Assembly (NCBI GenBank): GCA_018398765.1
Contig: JAHBMJ010000216.1
Location: forward strand, 1-53,692
Origin: Chromera velia
Taxonomy: Eukaryota
DNA length: 53,692 nucleotides
Direction of reading: 5' to 3'
Shown: positions 49,719-53,692 of the stretch, piece by piece
Layout: each line of letters starts with the position of its first letter
How positions within the stretch are numbered: position 1 is the stretch's first letter
Notes under the pieces: generated by a model
Database searches by the model: none
Told to the model about the DNA's origin: nothing
Seen by the model: the letters and a program-made list of their open reading frames with translations, nothing else
Program-made: the position numbers and the translations under genes

Positions 49719-52700
49719 CGGTCCCGCTTGCTCGCTTCTTCTTTTTCTTCTTCTTCTTTTTCTCCGTTCGGGTTGTTCTCGGCCTGCGTTCGGAGTGGAT
49801 AAAGATGGAAGGATTCCAGAAGACGCAACAAAGTCGCTCGACAGAATTCCGCCCGCTTGCTAACTGTCTCATAAGGAAGTGGGAAAAGCACAGGGTGGTT
49901 TTGCATTCCTTTCTCTCTCCTTTTCGTCTGCACACTTGTCATGGAGAGACGTGTGTATGTACGCACGGATTTTTGTATGCATGTTTTTCAGAGGGAGTGG
50001 TCGAAAGGATGTGAAAGTCACCTCCGTGTCTGCTCTCCTTCACCTTCCTATGTGTTCCTTCACTCCCCCATTTTCTGGGCGCAGACGTGGTGTCTTCTTG
50101 TTTTTGATTTTTCAAAGAGCCGACTCATTCAATTGCAATGCTGCGACGTATGAAATTTGTACCCTCACTCATTTGCGCATGTATCTGCCTGCCTGTGGGT
50201 TCCTTATGTACTGACATGAGGCGCGTATGGGAGAAAATGAATACGTCCTTTCCATCTCTCTCTCTCTCTCCTTCCTCTCTGTGTGCAGCGATCGACTGTG
50301 TGTTCTCTTCCTGGACCGAATGGTCAGACTGCAACTCTGCGTGCGGAGAGGGGAGCCGTGTGCGTTACAGGGAGATCGAGACTCCATCCAAGCACGGGGG
50401 CAAACCGTGCATCGAGCTGGGCCTGCTGGTCGACGAGGAGAGATGCGAGGCGGAAACAAAATGCCGTCAGTCAGTTAGTCAGTTGTGTGTGTCCGTGTGT
50501 CCGTGTGTGTGTGTGTGTGTGTGTGTGTTAGTCTTGTCACTCGGGAAAAAAAAAAACGTACGGTCTGTCCCTGTGTGCCTGCATGTCTGTGTTTCCGTCT
50601 GTCTAAAGAATGAAACCCATGGTATGTGTTCCCAGTATTCTGATGGCTCCTTTACTCTCATTCAAACATCAAGTCACTCAAATGTGATCAAGAAGCTCAC
50701 TCATGCACAGCAATCCAATGATCGCTTTCCCCTTTCAGCGTCGCTCTGACTGTTACCTCGCGTGCTGCGCTCTACCTTTTTTTTTCTTTTTTACCGTTTT
50801 TATTTCCGTCCCTTCTTTCCTCTAGGCCCACTAGACACTGCACGATTTCGGTAGCCCCCTAACTGTCTTTCCTTTTTCCTGCCTGCCTGCCGGTTTTCTC
50901 CTTTGTCTCGTGCAGCCATTCACTGCGAGGTCGGAGAATGGAGTGAGTGGGGGCCCTGCTCTGCGACTTGCGGTGCGGGACTGCATATGCGCGCTCGGCT
51001 GGTGAATGTGGAAGCAGAATACGGAGGGAATGAGTGTCCGGCAAATCTTGAGGAGACGGAGACGTGCTTCGAGACTGTTTGCCGTGAGTTGTGTGTGTGT
51101 GTGTGTGTGTGTGTGTTCGCTTTGCCCTTCCTTATCTCTCTCTCTCTTTTTCATTCCTTCCTTCCTTCCTTCCTTCCTTCCACCTTTCTTTTCCTTCTTT
51201 CCTGTCTCTTTCTCTGTCGCTCCAGGGGAACGGTCATCTCATTCCTTCCCCGCTTTCGCCCTTTCCTTTCCTTTCCTCTGTTTCCTTCTCGCCGCAAATT
51301 CGTCCGTTGGGTGCGTGTTCCCCCTTCGTCCCTCCATCTGTTTCTATCGTCTCTTTCTTCGGTGGCGTTTTGCTGTGTCTGCGACAGACTCTCTCCACGT
51401 GTACGGCTGTGTATTTTCTTCTCTCTCTGCACCCCTCTGTCTGTCCGTCACTAGCTCTGCGGGTACATCTCCATATGAAAGAAAGAAAAAGCACAACAAC
51501 AACATAGAGAAAGTGCATCTACTTCGCTGACCATACTTCTGCTTTTCTTCGTGCAGCCGTGGACTGTCAGCTGGCTGCCTGGAGCGTTTGGAGTGATTGC
51601 TCTGCCACGTGCGGCATAGGGTCGATGAAGCGGAAGAGGTGGGCAAGTGTGTGGACCTGTTTGTGTGCCTTTCTCTCTCTCTGTTTCTCGGGGTTAATTG
51701 ATTTTCCGTTATGGTGCGCATTATCGCTTTCAACTGCCATACCAGCGCAAAAAAGGCTGGCAGGAAACAATTGGTTTGACGCATCCATGAGCTTTGTTTC
51801 TCTCTCTCTCTTATACCACATCTTCCTGCCTGCCTGCCTGCCTGTCTGCAGGTTTGTGTTGAGAGAGGCAACCCCTGGAGGAGAGGACTGCCCCCCCGAC
51901 GCACCCCTGGAGGAAACCTCACAGTGCCAATACGAAGCATGCCGTCAGTCCATTCTCTTTGATGCGATCGACACATGATCTGCCAATCAATCAAGCAATC
52001 ACTTGGGCGTAAAGAGTAGCTGCACAGAACAAAACCAGCCACAAAGACACACAAAGTGAGAATAAGAAGGTTTTGTCGCACTGGTGTCTACGCAATAAGA
52101 GCCGAGTCTTCCTTTTCGGAAATCATTCCCTCCTGAGCGCGTCGGCTCATTTCATCTGCCATTCCCTTGTTTCTTTGGATCTGACTGCATATGCTTAGGA
52201 CAGGGGGACTTTCGCCCGTGCTTTCGCGATTGATAGATAAAATGAATGGGTGCATGTCAAATATGCACCTATCGACTGGGAGCTTTGAGAACCCGCGGAC
52301 GATGTATTAAATTCGAGAACCCCCATACTCGAATTACTGAAGGAAGGATCGAATGATCGAATGCTGACAGCATCATCTCATACATATCACTCACTGATCT
52401 CCCTCAATCCCCATTCCTCCTTCCCTTCCTTCCCTCCCTCCCTGCCTGCCTGCAGCCACAGCGCCCCCAGAAGGTAACACGACCACAGAGTATTCATGGT
52501 TCCCCACAGAGGTCCCCACCCCAACCACCACAACCACAGAGGCCCCAACGACAACCACGGAGAACGAGGACGATCTCACCCCGACCGCCCCCCCCCAGAA
52601 TGCCACCACGACAGTAGCAGCAACAGAGGAAGGCACAGGAGGAGGAACGGAAGTCCCCACTACTGACCCATGTGCGGACCTGGAAGGCGACGACGGTGGT

Positions 52701-52943
52701 TGGACGACGCAGTGGTGGAAGGACAAGACCTACCCGATAGTCCAGCCGTGCATCCAGGATCTCATCATCCTCTGTTTCCTCATTGCAGCCTTCCTCATGA
52801 CTTGCTGCTGCTGTTGCTGTTGTGCGTGCGCTCTGCACCACAAAGGGTCGAGTCATCAGCATTCTGGCAGGACCAACGGTGGAGGCTACACAGGAATAGG
52901 TGGTCCGCCGGACACTGATGACATCGACGTCGGAAATACGTGA
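32983..52943 (+). CDS. Giant type I membrane adhesin-like protein: signal peptide, 2 WSC domains, 27 spondin-type thrombospondin type-1 repeats, Thr-rich stalk, TM, poly-Cys tail (~2007 aa, 33 exons)
   Basis: Exons: 32983-33124 (MRLSEEWLVLLAAGLFSSVRA signal); 33252-33539 (WSC: HDHCALYA...GCW...RCSLPCGGNLQQSCGG); 34541-34731 and 34983-35274 (WSC: ENCKKKC...FMGLAGGRKCYC...GCTIPCSGNKSEMCGS, then a P/T linker); TSP1 exons across 35704-51943; last exon 52456-52943 (PTTTTTEAPTTTT stalk, TM LIILCFLIAAFLM, TCCCCCCCAC, ...YTGIGGPPDTDDIDVGNT*). All junction phases are consistent; sum 6024 nt. Confidence 0.9.
39018..39248 (+). repeat. Tandem amplification of the exon/intron junction motif (TGCC(G/A)TCAGTTT...ATCGGGGCGAC) x6
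   Basis: Copies lie near 39018 (the true donor), 39059, 39107, 39148, 39196 and 39237, separated by T and G homopolymers. They form an ~89-bp higher-order dimer. Confidence 0.85.
43486..43694 (+). repeat. Compound intronic microsatellite (TA)n(TG)n followed by (GATT/GGTT)n
   Basis: Directly visible; representative of the SSR-filled introns throughout the window. Confidence 0.9.
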
Positions 52944-53692
52944 GGGAGGTGTGGGTGTTAGAGAGAGAGGGGGCAAGGGTGGAGGGGATTTGGAAAAGAC
53001 GGCACGAAGCAGAAAGGAAAGGGGGTAAGAGACGACGCATACATACAATGAGACATCCATCCATCCATCCGAAAGTCGAGGCAATTAAGTGATGGGAAGG
53101 ATCAGAACGTAAGAACAGACAGACAGACACTCCGCTCTTCTGCTCCTGTCTCGCAGTTCTGTCTGCCTGTCTCTTTCTCTTGATTCTTCTCGCTCAAGTG
53201 CGTCCGAGAGGGAGGGAGGGAAGGAGGATCCACGGGGAAGGGGGATGGATGGTGAAGGGCGACAACAATGACAGAATGCCTGCTTGCATGCTGTGCCAGG
53301 AAGGAATCTGTCATCGACTGATTGGCATCGTCTGCACTGCGTGCGCCTGCCTTCTTTCTCGCCCTTTCCTTTCGCTTACCATGTTCGAACACTTTCGTCC
53401 TGTCATCCCTTCCCCTTTTCGGTCGTCTGTTCTTAGTAAACGCCTTTTCTGGATGGGTAGGTGTGCTGCATCCGTTGTGAATATGGGGGGAGGGGGCGGA
53501 AGAGCACTGTGAAGTGTCAACAAGGTCGGAAATCCCATTGATTGATTGGGTGCGTTTTTGGAGAGAAAATTCGGTATGTTTGGTGTACTTCTGCTTCCTC
53601 TCTTTTTTTCTTCTTTCTTGTTCGTCTTTGACTTTCTTCTCTTTCCTTCCTCTTTAAATTCATCCACTGGTTGGTTGACTGCTGGGGGGGGG

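Larger units (their letters stand above)
35704..51943 (+). repeat. Array of 27 TSP1 (spondin-type) exon modules
   Basis: Exons: 35704-35868, 36498-36671, 36968-37141, 37634-37801, 38179-38352, 38848-39021, 39472-39636, 40155-40331, 40670-40840, 41064-41234, 41828-41998, 42417-42584, 42928-43101, 43716-43889, 44263-44436, 45037-45204, 45550-45714, 46033-46200, 46604-46771, 47327-47500, 47853-48023, 48345-48512, 48896-49069, 49493-49666, 50289-50465, 50916-51083, and split 51557-51638 + 51852-51943. Consensus VDCxxSxWxxWxxCSxxCGxGxxxRxRxVxxxxxxGGxxCPxxxExxxCxxxxC; each module is 165-177 nt. Confidence 0.93.

Noticed and set aside
35704..51943. Regularly spaced repeats read as many separate small genes or a repeat-spacer array
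   Set aside because: Each unit is bounded by AG/GT splice sites in constant phase, and they join into one ORF with a signal peptide and TM.
32983..52943. Naming the TSP1 protein TRAP/MIC2, hemicentin or SCO-spondin
   Set aside because: There is no vWA, Ig or vWD domain and no subterminal Trp in the tail. Orthology cannot be established by eye, so no gene symbol is given.

Overview
This is eukaryotic nuclear DNA, intron-rich and saturated with microsatellites. The style (GTCAGT/GTGAGT donors, TGCAG acceptors, SSR-filled introns, apicomplexan-like adhesins) suggests a chromerid alveolate such as Chromera velia; that assignment is inference. Most ORFs in the supplied track are artefacts of simple repeats. 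Reading splice sites and phases by hand gives four genes. (1) A 2-exon Q/A/S/G-rich protein of about 1227 aa, minus strand, 9435-13434. (2) An 11-exon Kelch beta-propeller protein of about 620 aa, plus strand, ~15243-21710. (3) A 9-exon type I membrane protein of about 999 aa with signal peptide, C-type lectin, EGF and TM, minus strand, 26512-32212. (4) Head-to-head with it across 770 bp, a 33-exon type I membrane protein of about 2007 aa, plus strand, 32983-52943, with signal peptide, 2 WSC domains, 27 spondin-type TSP1 repeats (one phase-1 exon each, the last split in two), a Thr-rich stalk, TM and a poly-Cys tail. The first ~1.4 kb is a decayed transposon-like compartment holding a decayed ORF, a tRNA-Val-like relic and a 238-bp MITE with an 8-bp TSD, with TpA-enriched, RIP-like mutation patterns. 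A second MITE-like element, a 33-bp minisatellite and a second TpA-rich island occur further on. All gene models are manual and have not been checked against transcripts.
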